Positions 1 to 8,537 of a DNA stretch of 38,076 bases are shown here, piece after piece (position 1 is the stretch's first letter; every line of letters starts with the position of its first letter). The stretch spans positions 1-38,076 of the IMG/VR virus record IMGVR_UViG_3300016666_000240. The stretch is one strand, 5' to 3'. Source of the stretch: a virus. Lineage: Duplodnaviria > Caudoviricetes. The position numbers were made by a program, and so were the translations under genes. Below the pieces are notes generated by a model. The model was not told the DNA's origin and searched no databases. It saw only the letters and a program-made list of their open reading frames with translations.

Positions 1-857
1 TGCCAAAAGGTCCCGTTGGCACCGCCGTGTTCAGGTCGCGCGTCGATGGCGTGACACGCATCAACAGTTATCGACGAATCAGCGGATATCCGCTGGTGGT
101 CTCCGCCGCACTGTCGCAGGATGAGGTGCTCGCTGCGTGGCGCCTCGATACGGTGATGCAACATGCCGTGGGCGGGGTGCTGGTGCTGCTGATTGCATTC
201 ATCGGTTACCGCATGGTGCGGCAGATCGAGTTGCGGGTAAACAGCGAGGCGGGACTGGTCGAGGCGCGCAACGAACTGGAATTGATGAATGAAACCCTGG
301 CCCGGCTTGCCAACCAGGATGGGCTGACGGGGCTGGCGAACCGGCGCCACTTCGACCAGTCGCTGCTCGCCGAATTCAGCCGCGCCCAGCGCGAAGGCAG
401 CCCGCTAGGGCTGGTGTTGCTCGATGTCGATTGCTTCAAGCAATACAACGACCTGTATGGCCATGTGGCTGGCGACGAGTGCCTGAGAAAGATCGGCAAG
501 GTGGTGGCCTACAGCATGCGCAGGCCGGGCGACCTTGCGGCGCGCTACGGTGGCGAGGAAATGGTCATTTTGTTGCCCGGAACGGATCTGGTTGGCGCCC
601 TGGCAGTGGCGGAAAGCGTGCGCCAGGCCGTGCAATCGCTGGGCATCGACCATCGGGGCAATCCCCCTGGCGTGGTGACGGCCAGTGTCGGCGTGGCGGC
701 GTTTGTACCGGCACACCTGGAAAACCAGCCGGTCGAGCTGATCGAACTCGCTGACCAGGCTTTGTATGAGGCCAAGTCCTCCGGGAGAAACCAGGTTCGC
801 CATGCATCGTCGCGCGACAGTGCCGGACGGACAGCGAGCCTTCTTGCATTTCGCTAG
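1..857 (+). CDS. Sensor diguanylate cyclase (GGDEF), 5'-truncated by window edge; host gene
   Basis: DGLTGLANRRHF, DVDCFKQYNDLYGHVAGDECL, RPGD I-site, RYGGEEM active-site motif, ADQALYEAKSSGRN; preceded by a TM helix and a Cache-like segment. Confidence 0.93.
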   Translation, partial: PKGPVGTAVFRSRVDGVTRINSYRRISGYPLVVSAALSQDEVLAAWRLDTVMQHAVGGVLVLLIAFIGYRMVRQIELRVNSEAGLVEARNELELMNETLARLANQDGLTGLANRRHFDQSLLAEFSRAQREGSPLGLVLLDVDCFKQYNDLYGHVAGDECLRKIGKVVAYSMRRPGDLAARYGGEEMVILLPGTDLVGALAVAESVRQAVQSLGIDHRGNPPGVVTASVGVAAFVPAHLENQPVELIELADQALYEAKSSGRNQVRHASSRDSAGRTASLLAFR

Positions 858-1248
858 CCATGCTTGCCCCCGGCTGCGGGCGATACCACGGTCGCGTTTC
901 GCTTGACGGGAGCCGCCGCAAAAGACCTGTTCGACGCCAGCGTGACGGATTGCCGTTCCGGCATCGTCCCAGGGAGGGGTGCCGCTGTGGTTACGCTTGT
1001 GATGTGTCCACAGGGCCGAGCATTGGGGGAGCGGTGGCGGGGAGAGCGGGGCGGCGGAAGGTCCGCCATGCGTGGACGTCGCGCCCATTTTTTGTGTGCA
1101 GCGCGCCTGCTTGCGGCGGCTGCTGCCCGTGCCACGCCCATCAATCGGATTCATGCTGCAAGGATGAGCGATGCCCGGGTGTGCCACTGGCGAGGTCACA
1201 GGCAAACCCGCCAGCTGAATCGCCGCCGGTAGCTCAAGGCCGCGATTT

Positions 1249-1551
1249 TCAGCGCGGCAATTTATACCGGACCAGCAGCGCAGGTCCTTTGCCGCCGGGT
1301 GGCGTCAGCAGTACCTCGTCGCCCGGCTGCATCTCTTCATGCATGACGGTGCAACAGGTTGGCATCGAGTGGCCGCGCGCGGGATAGACGCCAACGTCGG
1401 TGTGCAGGGTTGCGGCGCGTACATCCACGCTGGACTTGCCGGCCTTTGCTTCTTCTTGCAGCAGCTTGCGCAGTGCGGTGACGAAGTCCCCTTTGCTGAG
1501 TCTGGCCGGTGTCTGGCTTGCTCGCGGGCGAGCGCTTGCGTCGTTTTTCAT
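1249..1551 (-). CDS. Conserved-looking hypothetical protein (100 aa), host side
   Basis: AAGGA RBS before ATG; protein-like sequence (LHTDVGVYPARGHSMPTCCTVM). Confidence 0.7.
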   Translation of the reverse strand: MKNDASARPRASQTPARLSKGDFVTALRKLLQEEAKAGKSSVDVRAATLHTDVGVYPARGHSMPTCCTVMHEEMQPGDEVLLTPPGGKGPALLVRYKLPR

Positions 1552-1768
1552 GGTAGTTTCCTTCAGTGACTATCTATATTTCCGCCACTATATCATTGGC
1601 CCCGGATGTTGCATGACGAAGCGAGGCTTCGGGCTGTCATTTGTATGCAGCCTGAACAACCAACGGAGGAGCGAGGGTCAGGTCCGGCATTCGTACGCAG
1701 CCTGAGCCGCTAAGGTTGTCGTTAGGAAAAACCGCCTGCGGCGTAAACCTGGCCGGACGAATCGGAGA

Positions 1769-1792
1769 GGGTTGCGCTTGCAAGCGCAACCC
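1769..1792. repeat. Perfect 24-bp palindrome GGGTTGCGCTTGCAAGCGCAACCC
   Basis: Read directly from the sequence; lies in the intergenic host flank. Confidence 0.8.
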
Positions 1793-1885
1793 GGTTTTGC
1801 GGCGCCGGGCTGCGCCCGCCGAAGTCCCGCAAAACCCCCGCGCCCGTACCGGACGCGGATGCGCTGCCCGCGTTCTGCATGCATG

Positions 1886-1939
1886 GAATAAATGAAAAGG
1901 GCCTCCCCGCCAAGACGGGGAAGCCCTTTTTATTTATTC
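1886..1939 (-). terminator. Rho-independent (probably bidirectional) terminator, the original ssrA terminator displaced by prophage insertion
   Basis: GAATAAATGAAAAGGGCCTCCCCG-ccaaga-CGGGGAAGCCCTTTTTATTTATTC hairpin with T tracts on both sides, directly downstream (minus strand) of the displaced ssrA 3' end. Confidence 0.85.
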
Positions 1940-1966
1940 AGTGGTGGAGACGGCGGGAATCGAACC
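1936..1966. repeat. att core (left copy; displaced 3' end of ssrA)
   Basis: ATTCAGTGGTGGAGACGGCGGGAATCGAACC identical to 37665-37695. Confidence 0.95.
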
Positions 1967-2122
1967 TACCGTAAAACTAGAATTCTTAGGTATCTTGAGG
2001 GCTTTGTTGTCAAAAAGTAGGCAAATCATCTAAGATGTTACCCATGACCAAGAGCAATTAGTCACATCTTTGTAGCACGATACCCAACGACAAGTTAAGT
2101 CGTCTATACATCTAGGTGAAAT

Positions 2123-2509
2123 ATGAAATTTTTAATTTCCGATAACGCAAAAGCATCTTTTCTGGATATCCAAGATCGCCATAAACCAGTAGTACTCATA
2201 GACGCCGCACCGTCAAAAATTCGTGAATACTACGAGAAAACATATGACGGCAGTCAATTCTATAGCGGAATTGGGGGCGTCGAGAAGTTCGAAAAGCTTG
2301 CCAGTGTGATGGAGTGGCTTAAAAATCATGATTTTGTATGGGCGCCAGTGATTGGTTTTATGGGAACGGATGAAACCCAATTGTGTTTTATGGATGGGCG
2401 TCATACTTGTGCAGGACTGGAGAGGAAAGGGTATAAATGTATCAAGGTCGCCGTGCCCGCGGACAGTGCCGCTCAACTAGCAATACTTCTCGGTTGTGTA
2501 TCCCCTTAG
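2123..2509 (+). CDS. AT-rich accessory protein with ParB/Sulfiredoxin-like motif (128 aa)
   Basis: AGGTG RBS; APVIG...FMDGRHTCAGLERKGYKCIKVAVP resembles the ParB/Srx P-x-V...DGxHR...G...I-x-V signature; low GC; sits between att and int. Confidence 0.6.
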   Translation: MKFLISDNAKASFLDIQDRHKPVVLIDAAPSKIREYYEKTYDGSQFYSGIGGVEKFEKLASVMEWLKNHDFVWAPVIGFMGTDETQLCFMDGRHTCAGLERKGYKCIKVAVPADSAAQLAILLGCVSP

Positions 2510-2620
2510 ATTAAGGTGAGGCATTTTAGCTTTAGGTAAGAGGCCTGTTGGCTGTCTTAGAGCGTTTTTAGCCCTTGGTTTCTGGCAGGACAGGCGGTAC
2601 GGGTATGAAATATATCGTCA

Positions 2621-3766
2621 TTATTTACCGAATGCACTTTCTGCTTTTGATCCCGCAGTCAGATCTGCATCTGGCATCCAGCGCCCATATACCCGCGCAA
2701 TCATTGTCCAATCAGCATGACCCATTTGCTTCGCGACCCACATAGGGTGTTCGCCAGCCGACAGCATCATGCTGGCATAGGTGTGCCGCGTTTGATAAGG
2801 GTTTCGATACCGTACGCCAGCGTTTTGCAGGACGCCAGTCCATAGTGTCTTACGGATCGGCTGGTCCCCCTCCCAGCGCCGCTCCAGGCGCGGATTTTGA
2901 AAGACCTCCTCGCCCTTGGCCCAGGTGAACGCCTTTTGCTCCTGCAACGCATGCGTGGCGCGCTCCAGCAGTTTGACTTCGCGGCGACCGGCATTTGTCT
3001 TCGTGCTTTCTGCCGCTTTGGAATGCTGGGTGAGGGCTCGCGTTACCATCACGACACCGCGCACGAAGTCCACATCGGCCCAATCCAGTGCCACCAGCTC
3101 GGACGTGCGCAGGCCTGTCCAGAAAGCAAACTGCAACAGGTTGCGCCCTTGGCCGGTTGCCTGCGCCAGAATCGCGGACTGCTCCTCCTTCGTGAACGGG
3201 TCGATATCGTCCTTCGATTGCGGCGCCTCGACTTTGGAATAGCACCAGCGCGCCAGTGGATTGACCTCGATCAGCTCGTCCTCTATCGCGTCGTCCAGCG
3301 CCTTGCGCAGCACGCTCTGGATGTTGGCCATGGTCTTGTTGGTCGCGTTCATGGGCTCGAGCTTCGCCCGCACGTCTTTCTTGCGCAGCGCCGACAGCAT
3401 GATGGTGCCGAACCAGGGGATCAGCTGGCCAACGACGATCTTGCGATAGCCGTTGTATGTGCTGGCCTTGAGGTGTTTTTTTTGCCTGTCGAGCCACTTA
3501 TCCAGAAACGCCTCGATGGTCTGCACGTCGCCGACCTGGTCGGCAAACTTGGCGGCATTGGACGATTGCGGAAAGGTGGCCGTGTAGTCAAAGCTGTTGG
3601 TGGCAATCGCGTGCAGGATCGCCGCTCGATGGTTCTCGGCCCGTTTTAGGTTAGCGGTGGTGGGCTTGAGCGCGATCCTTTCCCTGCACCTGGCGCCGCG
3701 ATACATGAAGGTGATTTCGATGCTGCTTTCCGATGCAGCTTTAACACCTCGCCCGTCTCTACCCAT
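2621..3766 (-). CDS. int: Tyrosine recombinase / phage integrase with N-terminal arm-binding (DUF3596-like) domain
   Basis: FWTGLRTSELVAL, TKT, YQTRHTYAS, MGHADWTMIARVY catalytic motifs; close to att. Confidence 0.95.
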   Translation of the reverse strand: MGRDGRGVKAASESSIEITFMYRGARCRERIALKPTTANLKRAENHRAAILHAIATNSFDYTATFPQSSNAAKFADQVGDVQTIEAFLDKWLDRQKKHLKASTYNGYRKIVVGQLIPWFGTIMLSALRKKDVRAKLEPMNATNKTMANIQSVLRKALDDAIEDELIEVNPLARWCYSKVEAPQSKDDIDPFTKEEQSAILAQATGQGRNLLQFAFWTGLRTSELVALDWADVDFVRGVVMVTRALTQHSKAAESTKTNAGRREVKLLERATHALQEQKAFTWAKGEEVFQNPRLERRWEGDQPIRKTLWTGVLQNAGVRYRNPYQTRHTYASMMLSAGEHPMWVAKQMGHADWTMIARVYGRWMPDADLTAGSKAESAFGK

Positions 3767-3924
3767 GTTTCATATCCTTTCACATCAATTAAAATTCGAT
3801 TGTCTGGCGCCTTGATCCAGACGGCGTCCTTCGGCCAGATCCCGTCCCGGATCTTTGTTCTGATCGCGTCAGGGGTGTAGCCTGATTCGCTGGAAAACTT
3901 CGGTATGGTCATGTAGCGAAGCAT
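3646..3924 (-). CDS. xis: Excisionase (winged helix-turn-helix)
   Basis: Small basic protein overlapping int start; YMTIPKFSSESGYTPDAIRTKIRDGIW...RILIDVKGYETWV is Xis-like. Confidence 0.8.
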   Translation of the reverse strand: MLRYMTIPKFSSESGYTPDAIRTKIRDGIWPKDAVWIKAPDNRILIDVKGYETWVETGEVLKLHRKAASKSPSCIAAPGAGKGSRSSPPPLT

Positions 3925-4124
3925 TTCTTTTTCCTATTCTTGGAATCGGTTTGTACCGCCAAAGCAAACGCTTCAGCCTCCGTGTATTGCTGCACCTCGG
4001 CACCTGGCTTGCGGTAATCGCGCAGTCGGCAGAATTCTTTGTATTGGCCCATGTGGATACTTTGTGATTCAGTCGATTGGTGAAATTGGCCGTATAGCCA
4101 TTTTTTGCGTTGTACGATGTCCAT
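3909..4124 (-). CDS. Hypothetical early phage protein (71 aa)
   Basis: Fills the early operon between neighbours and overlaps the xis start. Confidence 0.6.
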   Translation of the reverse strand: MDIVQRKKWLYGQFHQSTESQSIHMGQYKEFCRLRDYRKPGAEVQQYTEAEAFALAVQTDSKNRKKKCFAT

Positions 4125-4129
4125 GCTGG

Positions 4130-4423
4130 CTAAAACTCCGTGGTCAAACTGCCGTCTGGCAGCCTGAACATCACATCGAATCTCACTCCGCAGTCACTGC
4201 CCATTCGCAATGCCTCGTGGTATGTGCCGCACCTGCAATGGTCCCAAACGTATTCGTCCACCGTTCCAGGGTTCTCTACCACTACCCAGCGCTTCGCCTC
4301 GTGTTTCTCAGCCAGCTTCTGTGCGCGCAGCACGCGTGCCGCCTCACGATCTGCGCTGGTGATTAGTTTGCGCGGTGCGCGAACCTCTGGCGGGAACATG
4401 TCGAGGGTTGCGGTATCGCTCAT
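4130..4423 (-). CDS. Hypothetical early phage protein (97 aa, MSDTATLDMF...)
   Basis: Start ATG 4423 overlaps upstream TGA (ATGA coupling); the track start at 4495 is too long. Confidence 0.65.
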   Translation of the reverse strand: MSDTATLDMFPPEVRAPRKLITSADREAARVLRAQKLAEKHEAKRWVVVENPGTVDEYVWDHCRCGTYHEALRMGSDCGVRFDVMFRLPDGSLTTEF

Positions 4424-4650
4424 GCGGCCACCAACAGGGCAGGGCGGATGGAAACGATGGCCGCCAGCGGCACGGCCCGGAACATGCCCGCCCACTGATG
4501 GTCCAGTTCCACCCAGGCGTGCAGCTCGCCATTGCCCACGTCGCGGCGCAGGTCGTTGACGGTGCCGGCCTGGTAGCCTTCGTCGGTATCGAATGTCACG
4601 CGGTCGCCCAGGGCGATTTGCCGCGGTGAATTGGTCGAGGTGTTCAGCAT
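4420..4650 (-). CDS. Hypothetical early phage protein (76 aa, small beta-barrel-like)
   Basis: AAAGGAG RBS before ATG 4650; IALGDRVTFDT...GTV pattern. Confidence 0.7.
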   Translation of the reverse strand: MLNTSTNSPRQIALGDRVTFDTDEGYQAGTVNDLRRDVGNGELHAWVELDHQWAGMFRAVPLAAIVSIRPALLVAA

Positions 4651-4796
4651 TGCGGTGCTCCTTTCAGTTTGGCGGTAACGCCGCACACGCCGAAGTGGTC
4701 GAGGGCGGCCTGGATCGCGTCGCCGCTGGAAGCGGCAATCGCGGCGTATTCAAAGCGTTCGGTTTGCGTGCGAACGATCACGGCAAAGGTGCTCAT
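4644..4796 (-). CDS. Small hypothetical protein (50 aa, MSTFAVIVRTQTERFEYAAIAASSGDAIQAALDHFGVCGVTAKLKGAPQC), absent from the ORF track
   Basis: ATG overlaps gpA stop (ATGA); ends overlapping the next start; translated by hand. Confidence 0.65.
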   Translation of the reverse strand: MSTFAVIVRTQTERFEYAAIAASSGDAIQAALDHFGVCGVTAKLKGAPQC

Positions 4797-6631
4797 GTGC
4801 CATTTCCTTCATGGGGTGGGTTGTCGGGTACGATCAATCGGGGATACGGGCAGGCGTTGACGGCCGCCCAGGCGGCAATCAGTGCTGTTTTTGCCTCGTC
4901 CGATAGGTTCGGTATGGGGGCCGCTGGCGGCGGGGCCGGGGTAGGGCGGTCGGGGTGCGTACAGTTATTTACACGAGTCCGAGGAACGGCAACCCCAACA
5001 GCCACCCCGCGCCCGCCTGTGGCCTGTACCGGCGTCCACGTATGGCGCACGGACTTGAAGACCACGCCAATTAGGTCGCTGCAGCGCACGCCGTAGGGCG
5101 TGGTGCGCAGCGTTTCGCCGTAGCGGCCGATGACGGTCTTTTCGTCCTTGGCCAGGGTGACGACCAGTTCCTTGCGCGGCACCAGGGCGCCGCCCTGGGC
5201 GCGCAGGTACTCGGCCCAGCAGGCGCGCTTTTCGCCGTCGATCTTTTGCACGGCGTCCCAGGCGCGGCGCATGGCGGCCGGTGCTTCATTGAGCATGCTT
5301 TCCTCGATGCGGCGCAGTTCGCGCCATACGGTGACGGGCGCGCCGCCCCATTGCTGGAATTGCCGGATGCCCCAGCACGCGGCCCAGGACTCGACGCGCG
5401 CCGATGGCGTCAGCTCGACATCGCCTTCGGTGTCGGCCGTGACGACGTAGCCTTCCTTGGTTTTGTGGTCGGCCACGCCGTCGATGTTCTTGGCCACGTA
5501 CTTGGCGATGTAGCCGGCGGCGCTGCCCTTGGCCCAGTCGATGCGTTTCACGTCCAGGCGGCGCGCGAAGGCGCCCGGTTCGCCACGGTCCACGCGCCAG
5601 GCGTAGCGCTTCATGATGCGGATGGCGCGGCCTGCCACGTCCTGCAGGTGGGGCGTCTTGTATTTCACGGTGGGGCGCACGAACAGCAGCAGATGCCAGT
5701 GAGGACAGCCATCGTGGTGCGGCTCGGCGATGCGAAAGCCGTACAGGCCGATGCCCCGGCGCGCCAGCGCGGAGCGGCACAATGAAGTCATCTTGCCCAG
5801 GTAGGCGTTCGCCTCGCGCGGCGTGGAGCCGTCGAACTTATCGTTGGGCTTGCCGCTGTGCTGCATGGCGTGGAAACGCGATGGGCATGTCCAGGTGATG
5901 AAAATGCCTTGGTCGCCGCACTCGCGGGCGATCTGCTCAAAGCCGTTGATGCGCAACATCAGCTCGCCGCGCCGGATGGCTTTATTCGCAGTCGTTTTCT
6001 CGGCCAGCTCGGCGATGCTGAATTGCTGGCCGTTCTCGTTCTGCACCAGGGTGGCGGCCAGCGCTGCCGCGTTACGGCGGTTCTGCGCCAGGCGCGACAG
6101 CACGGCATCATTGCTGGCGTAGGGTTCGCCGCGATAGTTCACGTAGCCCAGGCGGATATTGCCGGCCTCGAAGGCGCGCTTGACGCGCTTGCGCAACTGG
6201 CGGCGCCACCAGCGGGCGTCCACCAGGCGGGCGATTATGTCGGCTTGATCGTCGAATTCCGGCAGCTCGATGCCATACGAGGCGCATTCGTCGGCCATGA
6301 TCTGCAGGGCGTGCCTGTCCGACGTGGCCGACCAGAGCGCCTTGACTACAATAGCCGCCGCACGCTCAGCGGTGGCCACGATGTCGGCATCGCTCTGCGA
6401 CAGGTCCACGCCGGCGGGCACGTACTGTTCGGCGAACTCGCGCACAAAGCTGGTGGCGATGGACTCATAGACCTTGTACCAGGACGACCAGGCCATTTTT
6501 GCCATGGCGGCCGTGATGACGCGGTTGCGCCACTTGTACGGGATGCGGGCCAGCTCGGGCGCGAACTGGGCGGATCGCAAAAAGGCTTCGTGGCGTTGCG
6601 GGGCTCGCAGCAGGATTTGTTTAGATTGCAT
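4793..6631 (-). CDS. gpA: P2-type rolling-circle replication initiator gpA (HUH endonuclease)
   Basis: FITWTCPSRFH, EPHHDGCPHWH (HUH) and YIAKYVAKNIDG (two catalytic Tyr), WGIRQFQQ, PVTVWRELRR. Confidence 0.95.
   Translation of the reverse strand: MQSKQILLRAPQRHEAFLRSAQFAPELARIPYKWRNRVITAAMAKMAWSSWYKVYESIATSFVREFAEQYVPAGVDLSQSDADIVATAERAAAIVVKALWSATSDRHALQIMADECASYGIELPEFDDQADIIARLVDARWWRRQLRKRVKRAFEAGNIRLGYVNYRGEPYASNDAVLSRLAQNRRNAAALAATLVQNENGQQFSIAELAEKTTANKAIRRGELMLRINGFEQIARECGDQGIFITWTCPSRFHAMQHSGKPNDKFDGSTPREANAYLGKMTSLCRSALARRGIGLYGFRIAEPHHDGCPHWHLLLFVRPTVKYKTPHLQDVAGRAIRIMKRYAWRVDRGEPGAFARRLDVKRIDWAKGSAAGYIAKYVAKNIDGVADHKTKEGYVVTADTEGDVELTPSARVESWAACWGIRQFQQWGGAPVTVWRELRRIEESMLNEAPAAMRRAWDAVQKIDGEKRACWAEYLRAQGGALVPRKELVVTLAKDEKTVIGRYGETLRTTPYGVRCSDLIGVVFKSVRHTWTPVQATGGRGVAVGVAVPRTRVNNCTHPDRPTPAPPPAAPIPNLSDEAKTALIAAWAAVNACPYPRLIVPDNPPHEGNGT
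4961..4984 (-). other. Probable rolling-circle origin (gpA nick site) inside gene A
   Basis: Minus strand CCTCGGACTCGTGTAAATAACTGT closely resembles the P2-family ori sequence (recalled as CCTCGGAGTCCTGTCAATAACTGT), which also lies in the 3' part of A. Confidence 0.7.
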
Positions 6632-6998
6632 TCAACAGTCTTTCGTACACACGGATAGCGGCAGAGGTGGCGGCGCGCAGCTCGATGCGCTCTTCCTCGG
6701 TAAATGAATGGATGGGCGATTCCCAGCGGTCGGCGTCCATGCCGGCGGCGATCAGCACGGAGCGGCGCGCGCCGCGTGGCGACAATCCCCAGGCCTGGGC
6801 GATAAAGCGCGCCTCGCTGGCACGCCGCTGCTCGATGGCGCGCAAGCTGGCCCGCTCGGCCAGGCTGGCTTTCGCCGCTGCAATGGCGGCCAGTGCTTCC
6901 GGCGCCCCTGGGGGCGTCGGCACGTCCCTGTCACGGGCGGCGAGGATGGCCGCCGCTGGCAGGAACGACAGGTGATTGTCGATAAGGGACGCCGGCAT
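6621..6998 (-). CDS. Hypothetical early phage protein (125 aa)
   Basis: AAGGA RBS; overlaps gpA start; typical position upstream of A. Confidence 0.75.
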   Translation of the reverse strand: MPASLIDNHLSFLPAAAILAARDRDVPTPPGAPEALAAIAAAKASLAERASLRAIEQRRASEARFIAQAWGLSPRGARRSVLIAAGMDADRWESPIHSFTEEERIELRAATSAAIRVYERLLNAI

Positions 6999-7001
6999 GG
7001 T

Positions 7002-7100
7002 TCAGTCCTTGATGGCGCCGATGGCCTGCAGCACGGCAGGGGCGATGACGATCAGGAGTGATAGCAGCCAGATGCCGCAGGTTTTCGCCAGGCGTAGCAT
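7002..7100 (-). CDS. Small hydrophobic membrane peptide (32 aa, MLRLAKTCGIWLLSLLIVIAPAVLQAIGAIKD)
   Basis: ATG overlaps upstream TGA (TGATG); AAGGGG upstream; fills the gap exactly; translated by hand. Confidence 0.6.
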   Translation of the reverse strand: MLRLAKTCGIWLLSLLIVIAPAVLQAIGAIKD

Positions 7101-7501
7101 CAGCGTGCCCCTTGCCTTGAAAAATACTCAGCCCAATAGGAGAGCGTGCGCGAGGAACCATTGCAGTGGCGAACGCCGTGTTCGCTGGCAAACATGAAGT
7201 GCAGTTCGATGGGCAGTTTGCCGACGAGCACACGCTGGTGGCTAGACGTGAAAAAGCCCGCGACGTTCAGTGCTTGCGCATCGCTGATGATGAAGGTGAG
7301 GCTGGTGGCGCCGAAGGCATGATAGGTTTTTGCAATCTCGCGTATGGAGTAGGACAGCGCGTCGATGTTGGCGCCAGCGCTGGCTTGCAGCAGGAAGCAA
7401 GCTGGAGCTACCGGAACAACGCATTGTTGCGGGGCCGGGCGGGCACTGCAGGGTGCGGAAAGAGTGCCGGTTTGCTTGGCGGCGTGCAGCGTGGTTTCCA
7501 T
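7100..7501 (-). CDS. Hypothetical early phage protein (133 aa)
   Basis: TAAGGA RBS before ATG; in the early operon. Confidence 0.7.
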   Translation of the reverse strand: METTLHAAKQTGTLSAPCSARPAPQQCVVPVAPACFLLQASAGANIDALSYSIREIAKTYHAFGATSLTFIISDAQALNVAGFFTSSHQRVLVGKLPIELHFMFASEHGVRHCNGSSRTLSYWAEYFSRQGAR

Positions 7502-7621
7502 CGGTTTCCTTATTTTTGGTTGAACGAATCCCGCACGCTCGAAAAGGGAGCGCTGCAGGGAGCAGCAAAAGAGGGGAGTTACAGCGGCCGGGCTACGGCG
7601 GCGCGAGGATCGGGATAGTCA

Positions 7622-7885
7622 TCAGCAGCCCGCTGTCAGGTCCAGGGCCAGCTGGCTGGTGGCTGCCGCGCGCGCATGCTGGGACATCGGGATGCGGATA
7701 TCCGGCTTGGGCATGGCGGACAGTGAGAGGGTGCGCAGCACTTCCAGGCCTGCCACGAAAGAGTGCCCGCAGTCCGGGTTCTGGCACATGTAGGTGATTT
7801 CCTTGAACATGGCGGACATCGTGCGGCTCTTGACGGCGCGGACGGTGTATTCGCAATGCGGGCAGGGCAGGCCGATGACTCTCAT
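7622..7885 (-). CDS. ogr: Ogr/Delta-family C4 zinc-finger late transcription activator (87 aa)
   Basis: CPHC...YMCQNPDCGHSFVA...RTLSLSA; start ATG 7885 coupled to upstream stop. Confidence 0.9.
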   Translation of the reverse strand: MRVIGLPCPHCEYTVRAVKSRTMSAMFKEITYMCQNPDCGHSFVAGLEVLRTLSLSAMPKPDIRIPMSQHARAAATSQLALDLTAGC

Positions 7886-8070
7886 TTCAGCTTTCTTTCC
7901 ACTTGGTACAGGGCGCGACCGCGACCTGTCATGTTTTTTGCCTGCTTGCGTAAGCGCGATTTGACGAGCCATTCAGCAGCCTGATCGATACTTGCCAGCC
8001 CCTGGCGTTGGCGCACGATTTCCAGCAGCGCGCGCTCGTCGTCATTGAGATTAATTTGGTGATCTGGCAT
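7882..8070 (-). CDS. Small DNA-binding protein, ribbon-helix-helix-like (62 aa)
   Basis: HQINLNDDERALLEIVRQRQGLASIDQAAEWLVK: beta-strand then two helices. Confidence 0.65.
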   Translation of the reverse strand: MPDHQINLNDDERALLEIVRQRQGLASIDQAAEWLVKSRLRKQAKNMTGRGRALYQVERKLK

Positions 8071-8117
8071 GTTGGTAGCTTTGCAGTTGCTTAAAAGTTA
8101 CTATTTAGTGTCTCGGA

Positions 8118-8321
8118 TTAAGCACCGCGAAGCTGTACGCTGTCGATGTTGGCTTCGTCACCTGCAATGACTGCTAAGGCTTCACGCATGACGATCTGAC
8201 GCACTAGAACCGCAAGCGCTTCGCCCTGGTAATCGGCGAGCGAGGAAACAAGCTGATGTTCGTAATCGTCCAAGCGCAACATGACGCGGTGGTTTCGGAT
8301 ACGTTTTGCATCTGGGTACAT
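8118..8321 (-). CDS. Small DNA-binding protein, ribbon-helix-helix-like (67 aa)
   Basis: RVMLRLDDYEHQLVSSLADYQGEALAVLVRQIV; TAAGGA RBS. Confidence 0.7.
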   Translation of the reverse strand: MYPDAKRIRNHRVMLRLDDYEHQLVSSLADYQGEALAVLVRQIVMREALAVIAGDEANIDSVQLRGA

Positions 8322-8331
8322 GGCGTCGTCC

Positions 8332-8535
8332 TTAGTGGGTGATTTGGGAAGCGATTTCGCGCTTGTAGTCGGCGAGGCCGCGCAAGATCAGAAAGCGCAA
8401 TAGCCAGGCACGGGATCGTTCTTGCTTGGCGGCAATGGCTTCAACCTCCAGCACTTCATCAGGCGCCAGGCGGACGCCCAAAGGCTGCGAAGTGACGCCC
8501 TTGGGAGTGCGCCCGATTTTGGATACGTTTTTCAT
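8332..8535 (-). CDS. CopG/RHH-like regulator, Cox/Cro-position first gene of early operon (67 aa)
   Basis: LGVRLAPDEVLEVEAIAAKQERSRAWLLRFLILRGL; divergent from the repressor. Confidence 0.75.
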   Translation of the reverse strand: MKNVSKIGRTPKGVTSQPLGVRLAPDEVLEVEAIAAKQERSRAWLLRFLILRGLADYKREIASQITH

Positions 8536-8537
8536 AA

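Noticed and set aside
854-1245. Several overlapping ORFs (860..1387, 864..1232, 854..1144, 405..1205)
   Set aside because: Arg/Ala/Pro-rich GC shadow translations with no recognisable motif or RBS
1942-1966. tRNA-like T-arm and CCA end
   Set aside because: Only the displaced 3' end of ssrA (att core); no upstream tRNA body
7593-7622. Tiny ORF MTIPILAPP coupled to the ogr stop, followed by a pyrimidine-rich stretch (possible leader/attenuator)
   Set aside because: Too short to support and no convincing terminator or antiterminator fold found by eye
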